From IMG/VR virus record IMGVR_UViG_3300000956_000008: a DNA stretch of 64,000 nucleotides. One strand, given 5' to 3'. The translations under genes and the position numbers were made by a program. Positions 7,464 through 17,600 of the stretch are shown here, piece after piece (positions within the stretch are counted from its first letter, which is position 1; each line of letters begins with the position of its first letter). Under the pieces are notes generated by a model. It was not told the DNA's origin. It searched no databases and saw nothing but the letters and a program-made list of their open reading frames with translations. The stretch is from an uncultured virus (IMG/VR IMGVR_UViG_3300000956_000008) (Duplodnaviria; Heunggongvirae; Uroviricota; Caudoviricetes).

Positions 7464-7801
7464 TTCGTTTTCTCCTTTTCAAACTCTTTCTTTTTGAATT
7501 CAATATCACGCAGGTGACTGTACCACATTTCGTGGTATTGTACACGCATACGTTGTAGTTGTGCAATCATTTCATCCAGCTTTGTGAGCCGTTTGAAGAA
7601 ATGCTTCTCGCCCCAAGCATCGAAGTCCAGATTGACAGGACGACCACCACAATCACGAATTTGAATCCCGCCGCTGATATGAGGGTCAGACTTGATTGAG
7701 TATTCAGTCAAATCCTTCACCCGTGCCGTCTCAACAGTGCAAACCATCGAGCCTGTCTCACCAGCATCGTCAGACAGGAAACGTTTTTCAGTGTGACGCA
7801 T
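7460..7801 (-). CDS. hypothetical protein
   Basis: 113 aa, AAGGAG RBS. Confidence 0.75.
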   Translation of the reverse strand: MRHTEKRFLSDDAGETGSMVCTVETARVKDLTEYSIKSDPHISGGIQIRDCGGRPVNLDFDAWGEKHFFKRLTKLDEMIAQLQRMRVQYHEMWYSHLRDIEFKKKEFEKEKTK

Positions 7802-7936
7802 CTTATGCTCCTTGAAGTAAAAGGACTCCAGTGATAACTCCCATCAGGTTGATTGGGACGTAGTGTTTAGGGAGAGCGATGATACCGATGAGGCAGCCCA
7901 CTGTCAACCCCCAACCTGCAATTATTCCGATGCCCA

Positions 7937-8152
7937 TCAAACTTTCTCCAGATAAAAGCCAGTCCAAATGACAAACTTCATGATTTCGTTACCGAAGCCC
8001 GAATCCTCAGTAAATTCGTAGACTGTCTTCTTCTCTCCTGTCGTGAACTCCTTTTCCTTCCATTGCCCCGGTAATTGATTCATCATCATACCCGATGCAC
8101 GGTTGTCAAGCTTCCCAACTAGAATACCTTTATCAGTGCGAAGGTAGTACAT
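7937..8152 (-). CDS. hypothetical protein
   Basis: Co-oriented ORF with RBS. Confidence 0.65.
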   Translation of the reverse strand: MYYLRTDKGILVGKLDNRASGMMMNQLPGQWKEKEFTTGEKKTVYEFTEDSGFGNEIMKFVIWTGFYLEKV

Positions 8153-8398
8153 TCATATCTCCAAATCAGCTTTGTGTTGGTATCTCACTTGGAAAGCCCA
8201 AGCGTTCTTACGGATTTCAACAGAGCGATTCTCACTCCCCGAAATAGTTGCCCAGTAGAACACATCAACATCCCACTTGTCAACCCCATAACGTTCAGTT
8301 CGAATGATTTCTACAGGGTAGTTGCTAGACCCAACCCAAATCTCACCAGCATTGAAAGCTGGCCCGTCTGGGTTGTGAAACTTCTTTGCTCCGTTCAT
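8153..8398 (-). CDS. hypothetical protein
   Basis: GGAGG RBS; promoter TTGACA-N16-TAGACT upstream. Confidence 0.7.
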   Translation of the reverse strand: MNGAKKFHNPDGPAFNAGEIWVGSSNYPVEIIRTERYGVDKWDVDVFYWATISGSENRSVEIRKNAWAFQVRYQHKADLEI

Positions 8399-8463
8399 AA
8401 AAATGCCTCCAAGGCGTTAGCGATGGAGGCAAGTCTACAGGGTTTCAGAAGGCTGTCAACCCC

Positions 8464-10194
8464 TTACTGACACATTTCACACGATTCAATACGAGTAATT
8501 TCACCAGCACCACGCATGGAGTAAATGTAATACAGAGACAGAATCTCAGGGTCTTCAAAAGCAATCCTGTGGATTCTCCCGATGTACTCTGGACTGTCAT
8601 TCGACGTGAAGTAGAGGTTGATGCTCTGCCCTTGGTCGATGTACTTCTGACGCTGAGAGCACTGCATCAGGTGATCTTCCATTGGAATCTCAAACCCTGT
8701 GCGGAATACAGCCTTCTCTTCGTCTGTCAGCCATGCTACGTGCTGGACACTGCCTTTGCGTTCGTTCATATCCTTAACGCATTGGTTGATATCCAAACCT
8801 TTTTTCTTGATCAGTTGCAACAGCACCTTATTGATGCGGAAGAACTCACCACCAGCCGATTGCTTGGTGAAGCACATGGCAACGTCCAAGCCTACACCCT
8901 CAGAAGCTCCTGCCATCAACTCAGCGGTTGATTTGGTTGGAGGCATCATCAGCATTGTGGCGTTACGCTGTCCAAGCCCTACGCAGCCTACAGGCTCTCC
9001 CAGAGTGACAGCTAGCCAACCGTTTGCTGCATCAGCATCAGCACGGATACCTTTAAACACTTTGATGTTCAGCATCATTGCTTCCATGCTCGAAACACTC
9101 AGCATTTCAGTTTGCAGCAGGGTGTGCCAGCCCAGAACACCAGAGCCCAAGGCACGGAAGTGTTCAGTGAACAGTTGAATCTTAGCCATCGCCTTCTTAT
9201 CGAAGTCAGACATTTCTGCCATGCACTCCAGATATTCACTGATGTTGCAGTCAGACATTACTTGTCCAACAAACACCAACTTCTCAGGCCAGCTACGGTA
9301 CATTTCCAAATTGTAGTTCAGGATCACACAACTAAATGTGTAAATCTCGTTGCTTGGCAAGTTGGTTTCTTGGCAGAGATTGCTCGCTCTGGCTCGTAGT
9401 CCTGCACGTTTGAAAGCCTTAGCCAGCTTGCGGTTCATCTTGTCAATGAATGTGAAGTAGCCCTTACCACGTGGCATCTTAACGCCCAACATCTTGGCAA
9501 ACTTACGAAGAGCCTCTGGATCACGTTCACGCATTTGGAAGACAAACTCATCGTCGATCAACCAGCCTACGTTATTCGATTCAGTACGTTCGTACAGGTA
9601 GTCAGCCACCTTGTCAAAGTCACCGTGTTGTGGGCGAAGGCTGTAAGCACAAGAGCCACGACGTGGACCCTGAGCCACTTCTTCCATCACGTTGATAATG
9701 TCACGAATCAAAGGCATCAGCCCTTGCGAACGTCCACCGCGAATTGGATCACCCTCAGCAGGCCAGTCATCCAAGCAGTAACTTGTACCGTGGCTGTGCT
9801 TCGTCAGGATTGCCGCTTCTGTTAGGAAGTCGTAACGATCAAACAGGTTGTTGCCTACGTTGCCACCAGCACAGCTTACAGTTGTTCCGCGTTTACGGAT
9901 ACCGCCGTTGGCTAGAAGAGGCGTAGACGGGCTTACAAAGCCATCCCACATCACTTGGAAGAAAGCCTCTTCCCAAGTTTTCCCCGCCCAATACGGAATC
10001 ACGTTCCACCAAGTTGGATACTCTTTAGGGGCGTGAACTGCCAGAGCAGCAGCCACAGTTTTGAATCGGCTCTTCACTGTTTCGTTGTTGTACGAATACT
10101 TGTCGTAGAACAACTGGATGCCGCCTGTAGTGTACCAAGGTGGGCAGTCACCATCAATAATTTGTTGCTTTCGTAGTGTAGAGTAGTTAATCAC
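8464..10194 (-). CDS. nrdA: ribonucleoside-diphosphate reductase large subunit (class I, short form)
   Basis: SPSTP, VSC, SNLCQE catalytic loop, PPTKS, DQGQSIN, SLYY, C-terminal CEMC. Confidence 0.95.
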   Translation of the reverse strand: MINYSTLRKQQIIDGDCPPWYTTGGIQLFYDKYSYNNETVKSRFKTVAAALAVHAPKEYPTWWNVIPYWAGKTWEEAFFQVMWDGFVSPSTPLLANGGIRKRGTTVSCAGGNVGNNLFDRYDFLTEAAILTKHSHGTSYCLDDWPAEGDPIRGGRSQGLMPLIRDIINVMEEVAQGPRRGSCAYSLRPQHGDFDKVADYLYERTESNNVGWLIDDEFVFQMRERDPEALRKFAKMLGVKMPRGKGYFTFIDKMNRKLAKAFKRAGLRARASNLCQETNLPSNEIYTFSCVILNYNLEMYRSWPEKLVFVGQVMSDCNISEYLECMAEMSDFDKKAMAKIQLFTEHFRALGSGVLGWHTLLQTEMLSVSSMEAMMLNIKVFKGIRADADAANGWLAVTLGEPVGCVGLGQRNATMLMMPPTKSTAELMAGASEGVGLDVAMCFTKQSAGGEFFRINKVLLQLIKKKGLDINQCVKDMNERKGSVQHVAWLTDEEKAVFRTGFEIPMEDHLMQCSQRQKYIDQGQSINLYFTSNDSPEYIGRIHRIAFEDPEILSLYYIYSMRGAGEITRIESCEMCQ

Positions 10195-11240
10195 TCTGTG
10201 TCCTCCGTTGTGTAGCCTACGATAAATCCGTGTTCATCCCAGCTAGATTCATATTCCATACCCATACCCGGTGTGAAGAAGTCCACCATCTTGTATGAGT
10301 CAGTTCCAAGTACAAACCAAGCCTCAATCGGGCTGCTCGCTCCGGGGAACGGTTCATCCAATCCAAGTCGTGTTGCAAACACGTTAAGTCTTACTTTGAT
10401 ATAGTTTTTGAAGTCGTCTTTGGTCATGCCATTCAACTTATCTTCAATGAATGCCAGATCAATAATCAAACACTCATGTTCGTAAGCGTATTGAATCGCC
10501 TTGTAAATCTGCTCAACACGTACAGTGTCTTCCCGCAGCGGGCGTCCCAGCTCTTTGTAGTGTTGGTTAATTGCCCAAGCTGCACCAAATCCATGCAAGT
10601 CTTCATCAATAGCAGATTGGTTAGTACCACGCACCACAACTGGAAGCTTGTTGTATCCGTTGGATTGGAAGCTTTTCAAGATTGCAAAGCTGGCAAACAA
10701 TAGGGCAGTTTCTGTCATAGAGAAGACGATAACAGACAGTAACTTATCCTCACCGTTCAGCACACTCTCAAGCCATTCAACACGTGCGGCCAGTTCAGGG
10801 TTAGCAGCGTAGGCACGGTAGTGTTCGTCTTTGTCCAGTCCAAGTTGTGTGTTCAGTTGGTTGTAGAAGCGGGCATGAACTTGAAGTTCGAAGGCAGCGA
10901 ATGCCGCAGCCATTGCTTTAGCTTCTGGAGTTGGGAACACCTTGATAAACAAGTTACCCCAGAACTCTTCACCAACGATCAACTCATACTTGAGGAACAG
11001 TTGAAGAACAAACTTAACGGCGTGAAGTTGGGCAGGTGTAAGATCGAACAAAAGTTGCATTCTGTCAAGCTCAACTTTCATTTCTGTGTTTGTCCAGAAC
11101 TGTTTGTCGAACTGTTTGTCTGCGAATTCGTAGAACTGAGGGTAGATAGTAGCGTAGCTATCCGTCTCTGTCATGATACGAGTTTTGGCATTGAAATCGA
11201 ACGGCAGCCCCATTGCTACCGTTTCTAGTTGGTCGGTCAT
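10191..11240 (-). CDS. nrdB: ribonucleotide reductase small subunit
   Basis: Di-metal ligands ELQVHARFY, ETALLFASF, DEDLH. Confidence 0.95.
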   Translation of the reverse strand: MTDQLETVAMGLPFDFNAKTRIMTETDSYATIYPQFYEFADKQFDKQFWTNTEMKVELDRMQLLFDLTPAQLHAVKFVLQLFLKYELIVGEEFWGNLFIKVFPTPEAKAMAAAFAAFELQVHARFYNQLNTQLGLDKDEHYRAYAANPELAARVEWLESVLNGEDKLLSVIVFSMTETALLFASFAILKSFQSNGYNKLPVVVRGTNQSAIDEDLHGFGAAWAINQHYKELGRPLREDTVRVEQIYKAIQYAYEHECLIIDLAFIEDKLNGMTKDDFKNYIKVRLNVFATRLGLDEPFPGASSPIEAWFVLGTDSYKMVDFFTPGMGMEYESSWDEHGFIVGYTTEDTE

Positions 11241-11249
11241 TAATATTCC

Positions 11250-11588
11250 TTAATCGTCTGTAGGAGTTAGTGTGCCCTGATAACTCATCGTGCGAAGAGT
11301 ATGTCTCAGGCTCTTGTCTTTTGTGGCTTCGATTTGGGCTTCCATACTGGCACAGCCTGTGGCGAGCCAAGCAGCGTCAGTACGCTCAAAGCCTTCAACA
11401 CGAATGCCGTAGTATTCAATGTTGTTGATTGTTCTGTGGTTGCAGGCTACCAGCTCATAACCCAAACTCACATCAAAGCCGTTCGTCTGTAGAATTGCTT
11501 CGAATACTTTCTTGTTTTGTGTATCGTGTGCTTCTTTAAAACCATCAACCAGATTCAGGTCGTGGAAGCTCAGGGCGTAATCAGCCAT
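11250..11588 (-). CDS. hypothetical protein
   Basis: Start MADYAL after GGAGG. Confidence 0.75.
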   Translation of the reverse strand: MADYALSFHDLNLVDGFKEAHDTQNKKVFEAILQTNGFDVSLGYELVACNHRTINNIEYYGIRVEGFERTDAAWLATGCASMEAQIEATKDKSLRHTLRTMSYQGTLTPTDD

Positions 11589-11817
11589 TGGACACCTCCA
11601 ACTCAATAAGCTTAACAGCTTCCATCATATCAAGTAGGTCAACAGTCGCTGCACCCAATCGTCTAAATGCTTCATACTCTTGTAGTGGAATACCGTACTT
11701 CTCTACGATGGACTGGAACTCACACATAGCGTTAAAGAAATCGTTAACGTACTCAGGGTTAGCTTCTGAGAACGGGCCGACAACCTTCAAAATCTCGATA
11801 GCAGTTGCTTCTTTCAT
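11581..11817 (-). CDS. hypothetical protein
   Basis: Overlap-coupled ORF. Confidence 0.7.
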   Translation of the reverse strand: MKEATAIEILKVVGPFSEANPEYVNDFFNAMCEFQSIVEKYGIPLQEYEAFRRLGAATVDLLDMMEAVKLIELEVSNG

Positions 11818-12803
11818 TGTTGAACCTCATATTTCATGCATACGTTATTCGGGATCAATTGGCGGTGTTGAATCCAATTGACAAAATTACCACTCCAAAG
11901 ATTACCTTTGCGGTCAGCATGGGTAACACCTTCTTCCCAAGTTTCTGGCAGTGCTGGCGAGTTGACTTCAAAGTCATACGCGAATCCATGTTGGTATTTA
12001 TATGGAGCCATAGGTGACGCCTGATGCTCAAACGGACTGGCATGTACAGGTTCACTATCCACAAGGCGCTTGTACACCATCTGAGCCTTCTCAAGCGTAT
12101 CATCCAGCTTACGGTAGCTCACTTGAGCACAGCAGCTAGAAGAGATTGCTAGAGCCTCTTCCAGAGTGACTGTTGGCAGCACTTGAGTTTTGTGGCTATA
12201 AGTTGGAAGCTCGCCACTGTAGTACATCAGGTTACCAACGCAATCACGAATACGACCTACGTAAGGTACATGCCACTCCCCCGGCTTCAACTCAAATGGT
12301 TCACTCGCCTGCAAAGCTTCCCACATCAAACGAGCAAGCTCTCTGATTTCAGGCTGTGCATCTGGATGGTTACGCAGCCAGAAGAAGTTGTCCATGCAAG
12401 TTGCTGTCATGACAGTTTTCATTGTCTGAAACGGCTCAAGGATACGGTTAGTTGCTTGTTTATGCAAGCCTACTTTAACCAGTGCCTCAGCAATACCAGC
12501 AGCAAACTTAGCAGCACTCTTCCATAGAAACTGTGCAGAGTGAGCCAGTGCGTCAGATAGAACATTTGAAGCTTGCATACCCGGCTCATTAACACCCCAA
12601 TGAATCGGCATGGCTGGGTTGTCACGTACTTGTTTGATAATTGTAGCGACGGGAATAGCCCGCGAGGAAGCAGCATTACGTGAGAACAGACGGTGCGTCA
12701 TGAACTCTCCGTGAATGAAGCGTTGATACTCCAGCTCCCACGTAACGATCATTTGACCATTAGGTGCGATAGAGTGTGCGATGATTTTTGCAGTAATTGT
12801 CAT
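11814..12803 (-). CDS. thyX: flavin-dependent thymidylate synthase
   Basis: EFMTHRLFSRNAASSR, HKQATNRILEP, AQPEI, HASPFEH. Confidence 0.93.
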   Translation of the reverse strand: MTITAKIIAHSIAPNGQMIVTWELEYQRFIHGEFMTHRLFSRNAASSRAIPVATIIKQVRDNPAMPIHWGVNEPGMQASNVLSDALAHSAQFLWKSAAKFAAGIAEALVKVGLHKQATNRILEPFQTMKTVMTATCMDNFFWLRNHPDAQPEIRELARLMWEALQASEPFELKPGEWHVPYVGRIRDCVGNLMYYSGELPTYSHKTQVLPTVTLEEALAISSSCCAQVSYRKLDDTLEKAQMVYKRLVDSEPVHASPFEHQASPMAPYKYQHGFAYDFEVNSPALPETWEEGVTHADRKGNLWSGNFVNWIQHRQLIPNNVCMKYEVQQ

Positions 12804-12816
12804 TATTTCTCCTTAT

Positions 12817-12853
12817 AAAAGCAAAGGGAAACCTTTTTATGGGTTTCCCTTTT
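12817..12853. terminator. intrinsic terminator
   Basis: AAAGGGAAACC...GGTTTCCCTTT hairpin with T-tracts. Confidence 0.7.
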
Positions 12854-12880
12854 ATAGGTTATTGCCTGTGTAGGAGGATA

Positions 12881-13567
12881 TTATACCCCGACTTGCATAC
12901 GCGAGTCAACAAATTTTCCTCTCAACATCAACTCTAGTTGAGCCAACACGCCGAATGCTTCATGAGCCTTGTGGAGCAGGCCAGACTCATGATCTACGCA
13001 CTGATTGATATCAAAGCCGTCAACAACACGTTGCTTGATATGGTCTGTGCGGTGACGGCTTGCAGCCGCAGCCAGAGCTTCCTCAGCGTTTGGGAGGTTC
13101 TGCCAGTCATGGTCTTTGTAACCTTTGGCAGTTTGTGCCCAAGTCATGACGTTTGCCACTTCACGCAGTGCGAGTGGGAAGCCATCGTCAACCAACTCTA
13201 CACGAATCTTACCAACCTTTCGAGTTTCAAGCTCAGGGCGGAACACGCCGAGAGTGTCAGAGCAGCCAGTCTCAACCTCAGAGCCCGGTTCAACAAGCGG
13301 AGTTGTGAACAGCTCCATGTGTTTACTAAAGTCAGTGGCGATACGACCAGAGCCAACTCCGCTTTCAACCACACCCACTTCACCCTCTTCGAAGAAGTTC
13401 CAGTCGGCACCATATTCGTAGGCTACGCTGCCAGTGTCATCAAACACATCACGCTTGCGGGTTAGGACTGTCCCTACTGGGATGCTTTCCCAGTGACCCA
13501 ACAGGACGGCGGTATCGCCTGTCTCTTGACTCATCATTTCTTCAATTGTAAGTGTTCTTACTGTCAT
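12881..13567 (-). CDS. dATP/dGTP diphosphohydrolase-like protein (DUF5664-type) with extra N-terminal region
   Basis: GKIRVELV...EVANVMTW..KGY...W...RH...DHESGLLHKAH. Confidence 0.75.
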   Translation of the reverse strand: MTVRTLTIEEMMSQETGDTAVLLGHWESIPVGTVLTRKRDVFDDTGSVAYEYGADWNFFEEGEVGVVESGVGSGRIATDFSKHMELFTTPLVEPGSEVETGCSDTLGVFRPELETRKVGKIRVELVDDGFPLALREVANVMTWAQTAKGYKDHDWQNLPNAEEALAAAASRHRTDHIKQRVVDGFDINQCVDHESGLLHKAHEAFGVLAQLELMLRGKFVDSRMQVGV

Positions 13568-13764
13568 TCCTCGTCCTCCATTTCAACTACGATTGGGTCA
13601 CAGCCCAATGCCTTTTCGAGGATAGCTTTAGTGCTTGCCACTTTGATCAGCAAAATCATGAGGGCTTCTTCACTTCCGCCGTGTTTTTGCAGCAGTTCGT
13701 CAAGGAACTCAACAGACTCTGCCAAACTTACCAAATCACGAAGGTTTACCTTATTCTCACTCAT
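13564..13764 (-). CDS. hypothetical protein
   Basis: Likely start MSENK; start uncertain. Confidence 0.6.
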   Translation of the reverse strand: MSENKVNLRDLVSLAESVEFLDELLQKHGGSEEALMILLIKVASTKAILEKALGCDPIVVEMEDEE

Positions 13765-13927
13765 CAGTGTAAGTTCCTTCATCGATGCAAGACTCTTTAG
13801 TTGCTTGCAGGACAACTTGTAGAGCAGGGATGGTCAGCTCAGGATTGTCAGGGAAGCGCTCTTGCATAACAGCCAGAATGTGAAATGCCAGATCACCTTG
13901 CTCAGCAGTTAGTTTAATATTATACAT
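13757..13927 (-). CDS. hypothetical protein
   Basis: Start MYNIK after GGAG. Confidence 0.6.
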   Translation of the reverse strand: MYNIKLTAEQGDLAFHILAVMQERFPDNPELTIPALQVVLQATKESCIDEGTYTDE

Positions 13928-14147
13928 CGGTGTCAACTCCCAGTTGGTTAGCCAGATCAAGTGCATTACCTGCTACTTGCATAAGAGCGCGAGTGATGCC
14001 AGCGATAAGGACTAGTTGATCCATAGCGCCCTCGGCAATGAGCCGTGTTGCGATATCACCAGCCAAGCCGGAGAACTCTTGGTACATAGCCTCTTCTTGT
14101 TCAGTCAGTTCGCCCGGTTCAAATTGTTTGATAGTAATCAGTTTCAT
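13920..14147 (-). CDS. hypothetical protein
   Basis: AAGGAG RBS, ATGA overlap. Confidence 0.7.
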   Translation of the reverse strand: MKLITIKQFEPGELTEQEEAMYQEFSGLAGDIATRLIAEGAMDQLVLIAGITRALMQVAGNALDLANQLGVDTDV

Positions 14148-14368
14148 ACAGATTCTCCTTTGCTAGTTTGTAGTTTGTTGAAATATCGGCGGACGCAGTA
14201 TCCACGACCAATACTCCAGACTGTGCAGCCGATTGTAGCGACAGTAGAAGCCACTGTCAAGTCTTTAATGAAACTGAATGTCACCATTGTGATGATCCAG
14301 CTTCCTACCATACCAATGCCAGTATTGGACACGGTTTCTTTCAACGATTGTGCTTTACTCTGTGCCAT
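14144..14368 (-). CDS. small 2-TM protein
   Basis: MAQSKAQSLKET..N..IG...GYCVRRYFN; GGAGG RBS. Confidence 0.7.
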   Translation of the reverse strand: MAQSKAQSLKETVSNTGIGMVGSWIITMVTFSFIKDLTVASTVATIGCTVWSIGRGYCVRRYFNKLQTSKGESV

Positions 14369-14420
14369 TTCCGCCTCCATAACGAATGAGGGGCCATCAT
14401 ACGATAGCCCCTCTCTTGTG

Positions 14421-15194
14421 TCAAGCGTATTTTTTGGTCAGGTAATCAAGTGACACAGGACATGGCAAGCCAAAACCATCATCCACTTCGTTCAGCATCA
14501 TAATGCCACGGAAGTGTTGGTTGCCTTGGTGGCCCTTGTAAGCTTCGTCGTGAGGATAGCACGCACCGTTGATGATGCCAATGCGGTATTTGCCATCAAG
14601 CTGGTTGTCAGCGATTGCAATGTCCAACACTTGCTTGTGCCCAACCACGAAAGAAGAGCCTACAGCCTTCAACTGTGCAGCAGCATTACCAGCACGTGGA
14701 CGACCATTCATTGGGTTGACCAAGTAGTGGACGTAGTAGATACCGTCAATGCAAACTGGTTTCAGATAAGGGGCAACTTCCCAACCATATTGCTGAATAT
14801 TGAGTGAGTCCACACCGACAAGGCCGTACAACTCTGGATTATCGTTGGCGTAGCGGTCAAACCGATCTTCGTGATTGCCCGGACAGAATACCATCTTAGG
14901 GTTATAAACCTTCTTTTTATTTGCACGTTGTTGCTCCTGTAGTGTGATGACTGGAGCCATCAACTTCTTCATGCCTTCGTGACCAGCACGAACATCGTCA
15001 ATGACACGACGACCTTCCATCACTTTCTTGCCCTTGTCGTAGCTGGAGAGGCTTGGGAAATCCCAGTGGTCGCCAATGTGGACAACAACATCAGGCTTCT
15101 TGTCAGCAATGTACTGACCGATATAGCCCATGTATTCAAGGTCTTCTTCTGGCTTGGCCTGTGTGTCTGCGATGATCAAATGCTTCATACTCAT
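14421..15194 (-). CDS. calcineurin-like metallophosphoesterase
   Basis: IADTQ, IGDHWD, GNHE, VGH motifs. Confidence 0.9.
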   Translation of the reverse strand: MSMKHLIIADTQAKPEEDLEYMGYIGQYIADKKPDVVVHIGDHWDFPSLSSYDKGKKVMEGRRVIDDVRAGHEGMKKLMAPVITLQEQQRANKKKVYNPKMVFCPGNHEDRFDRYANDNPELYGLVGVDSLNIQQYGWEVAPYLKPVCIDGIYYVHYLVNPMNGRPRAGNAAAQLKAVGSSFVVGHKQVLDIAIADNQLDGKYRIGIINGACYPHDEAYKGHQGNQHFRGIMMLNEVDDGFGLPCPVSLDYLTKKYA

Positions 15195-15745
15195 TTACCC
15201 TCCTTCAAAATTCTAGTAATTTGTTCTCTACGCTCTTTTACTGTGCGTGCAGGAACCTCACCCTTCTTGATGATCCACGCTTTCACCACATCTGCTTTCT
15301 CTTTGCAAATGGTAATCGCTTGTTTCTCGATTGCAGCATCCTCGTGTGACATACCTTGACGTTCAGCAAGGGTCTTGATCTTGTGACATGGTTTGCACAG
15401 GAATGCCAAGTCCTCTTTACGGACAAAGACAATCCCTTCGACAAACTGTTGAATGTCACTGATCTTTCTCAGAGAATGTTCACCAGTCCTGTGATCCACT
15501 TCCATATTCTTTAGGATGTGTTCCTTCTTGCAAATCTCACAAACCCCGCCCCAAACTTTAGGACGGCCTTTGCGTAGTTTCACATTAGGATTGGTAATCA
15601 TCTTGCGAGCTTCTTTAACAAACTCAAGCTTGACAGGGTTCTTCGACCAGAGGTATCGCCGGATTCCGCCACGAATCCAGCTTAGATACATTGCCTCGGT
15701 CTTCCAGATTTCTGGATACAACTCCCAAGGACGGGTATCACTCAT
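15191..15745 (-). CDS. HNH endonuclease-like protein
   Basis: CEIC...VDH...LCKPCHKIKT. Confidence 0.8.
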   Translation of the reverse strand: MSDTRPWELYPEIWKTEAMYLSWIRGGIRRYLWSKNPVKLEFVKEARKMITNPNVKLRKGRPKVWGGVCEICKKEHILKNMEVDHRTGEHSLRKISDIQQFVEGIVFVRKEDLAFLCKPCHKIKTLAERQGMSHEDAAIEKQAITICKEKADVVKAWIIKKGEVPARTVKERREQITRILKEGK

Positions 15746-16776
15746 ACAATGCCCAACTTCTCAAGCATCACAGCAACATCGATACGGTCATCTTCCCAAC
15801 GACGCATGTGAGCACAATCAAAATACATCTGCATGATTTCAAGGGCGTCTTTGGTGTGGAGAACACCGTCATGAGCCATGTACGTCACCGTCTCAGGATA
15901 CCAGCTTTTGTATTGGTTGTACATAGCTGTCAGAGCTTCTTTGTCGTTGGTTGCGTCTTTCAGCACGTTATATGCTGCTACTTCACCAAACGTTACACTC
16001 TTGCCTGCTTTGTCCTGTGCAATCTTCCACAGGTCACACCCATGATAGTTGTCCACAGAATCACCGTAGAGCGCTTGGTAGTACAGCCACAGTCTGCCAG
16101 TACCCTTGATGCCTTTCCCTTCCTTGTGCAGCTCACCAAAGCCTTTAATCAGGATAGGTTTGATCATCTTCGCAGGGTTCCACAGCCAGCCAGAACAACC
16201 CAGTGCATCTTTGTCTTCTGTTACAGTGATGATACGAGTATCAGTCTTAAAGCCTTCATACGAACGCATAGACTGTTTGTCGTCCACTTCCATACCATTG
16301 ACAATGCCAGCTTTCAGCTCACCAATCAGATACGCACGTAGTTCTTTCAACTGTAAGGGACGGATAGTGTCTTCACGGTTCTCTTTATATTTCCCGCCGA
16401 GTTTACTCTTGCCCGCCCATTTACCAACTGTTGCAACGTGAGTCATTGGCAAAGGAATCAAGTCACGGAAATTGTTCTCACCGCCGATGTAAATCTCACC
16501 TTTGGTAACACCAGTGCGAGTGTGGTAGCCCTTGATCATATCGCGAATCAAGCTCTTCCCATAACTAGAATGTCGCGGGTCTTGTACGTCAGTGATGGTG
16601 TACATATCCTCAGTGTGGTCAGTGCCAGCCAGATAGGCTCTGAACTCTGTGCGGTTGCTCCACTGTTCGATCACACCCTTTTCGATATGCTGTGTTTTGA
16701 TACTCTTCTCTTCGTTTGCCGCTGCTGCCTTGTATGCAATGCTGTCTGCGTCAAATACTAGAATGTCCTCGCTCAT
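15742..16776 (-). CDS. 5'-3' exonuclease (T7 gp6/T5 FEN-like)
   Basis: FDADSIAY, YKENR, EVDD, EDKD, GDSVDNYHG. Confidence 0.9.
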   Translation of the reverse strand: MSEDILVFDADSIAYKAAAANEEKSIKTQHIEKGVIEQWSNRTEFRAYLAGTDHTEDMYTITDVQDPRHSSYGKSLIRDMIKGYHTRTGVTKGEIYIGGENNFRDLIPLPMTHVATVGKWAGKSKLGGKYKENREDTIRPLQLKELRAYLIGELKAGIVNGMEVDDKQSMRSYEGFKTDTRIITVTEDKDALGCSGWLWNPAKMIKPILIKGFGELHKEGKGIKGTGRLWLYYQALYGDSVDNYHGCDLWKIAQDKAGKSVTFGEVAAYNVLKDATNDKEALTAMYNQYKSWYPETVTYMAHDGVLHTKDALEIMQMYFDCAHMRRWEDDRIDVAVMLEKLGIV

Positions 16777-16792
16777 TGTTTTCCTCCCAATA

Positions 16793-16822
16793 GCAAAAGG
16801 CTACCGAAATGGGTAGCCCTTT
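16793..16822. terminator. intrinsic terminator
   Basis: AAAAGGCTACC-GAAATG-GGTAGCCCTTT. Confidence 0.7.
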
Positions 16823-16837
16823 GTTTAAATCATCCTC

Positions 16838-17401
16838 TTACTGACTGCGGTAAGACTTAGTAGATGCCGAGGCGCTCAACATTGCCCATTCCATACCAAC
16901 AGCGTCTGCTACGAAGCCACGTGTTGCACCAGCGGAGATACCGTAGGCTGCACCAGTAACAACTTCGTCAATGTTTGCAGCGAGGAAAACGATTTGGTAT
17001 CCTTTCTCTTCTGCTTGTTTGACCAGCTCTTTGATCTTCGCACCGCTGTACTCTACAGAAGCGTTCTCATGACCATCGGTGAAGATGTTGATGATTGCTT
17101 TGTCTGGAGCATCTTTCAGCACTTTAGAGAGTGCTGTGCCGATTGCGTCGTTCATCGCGGTCATACCACCCGGCTGATACGAGGCTTCGGTCAGGTCTTG
17201 TACGTCAGCCAGTGCGACGGCATCCAGTGTAAGGTGTACACGGTTGCTGAAGGTGTACAGGGTAACGTCAGCAGCGCCTTCGATCTTACGTTGCTCTGCA
17301 ATCAAGGTGTTGAAGCCACCGATCACATCACCACGTAGGTGGCCCATGCTGCCCGATTCGTCAATTACGAACACGATTTGTACTGCATTTGGATTTGTCA
17401 T
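16838..17401 (-). CDS. von Willebrand factor A domain protein
   Basis: MIDAS motif DESGS...T...TDG; start MTNPN after AAGGAG. Confidence 0.9.
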   Translation of the reverse strand: MTNPNAVQIVFVIDESGSMGHLRGDVIGGFNTLIAEQRKIEGAADVTLYTFSNRVHLTLDAVALADVQDLTEASYQPGGMTAMNDAIGTALSKVLKDAPDKAIINIFTDGHENASVEYSGAKIKELVKQAEEKGYQIVFLAANIDEVVTGAAYGISAGATRGFVADAVGMEWAMLSASASTKSYRSQ

Positions 17402-17414
17402 TGTCTCTCCTTTA

Positions 17415-17540
17415 TTAATCATTACTGAGCAGGCCGAGGACACCCCAGAGGATATACCAGCCAAGTGCGATGTTAACTCCCGGCACTACAACGTCAATCA
17501 CAACGCAAGCCCAGAAAATAAACCAGAACAGATTCATCAT
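17415..17540 (-). CDS. small hydrophobic membrane peptide
   Basis: MMNLFWFIFW...; AAGGA RBS and promoter TTGACA-N17-TAAGAT. Confidence 0.55.
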   Translation of the reverse strand: MMNLFWFIFWACVVIDVVVPGVNIALGWYILWGVLGLLSND

Positions 17541-17600
17541 TATTCCTTTTGGTAAGTGGTGAAGGCACATCTTACAGACTGTACCTTTCCATGTCAACAA

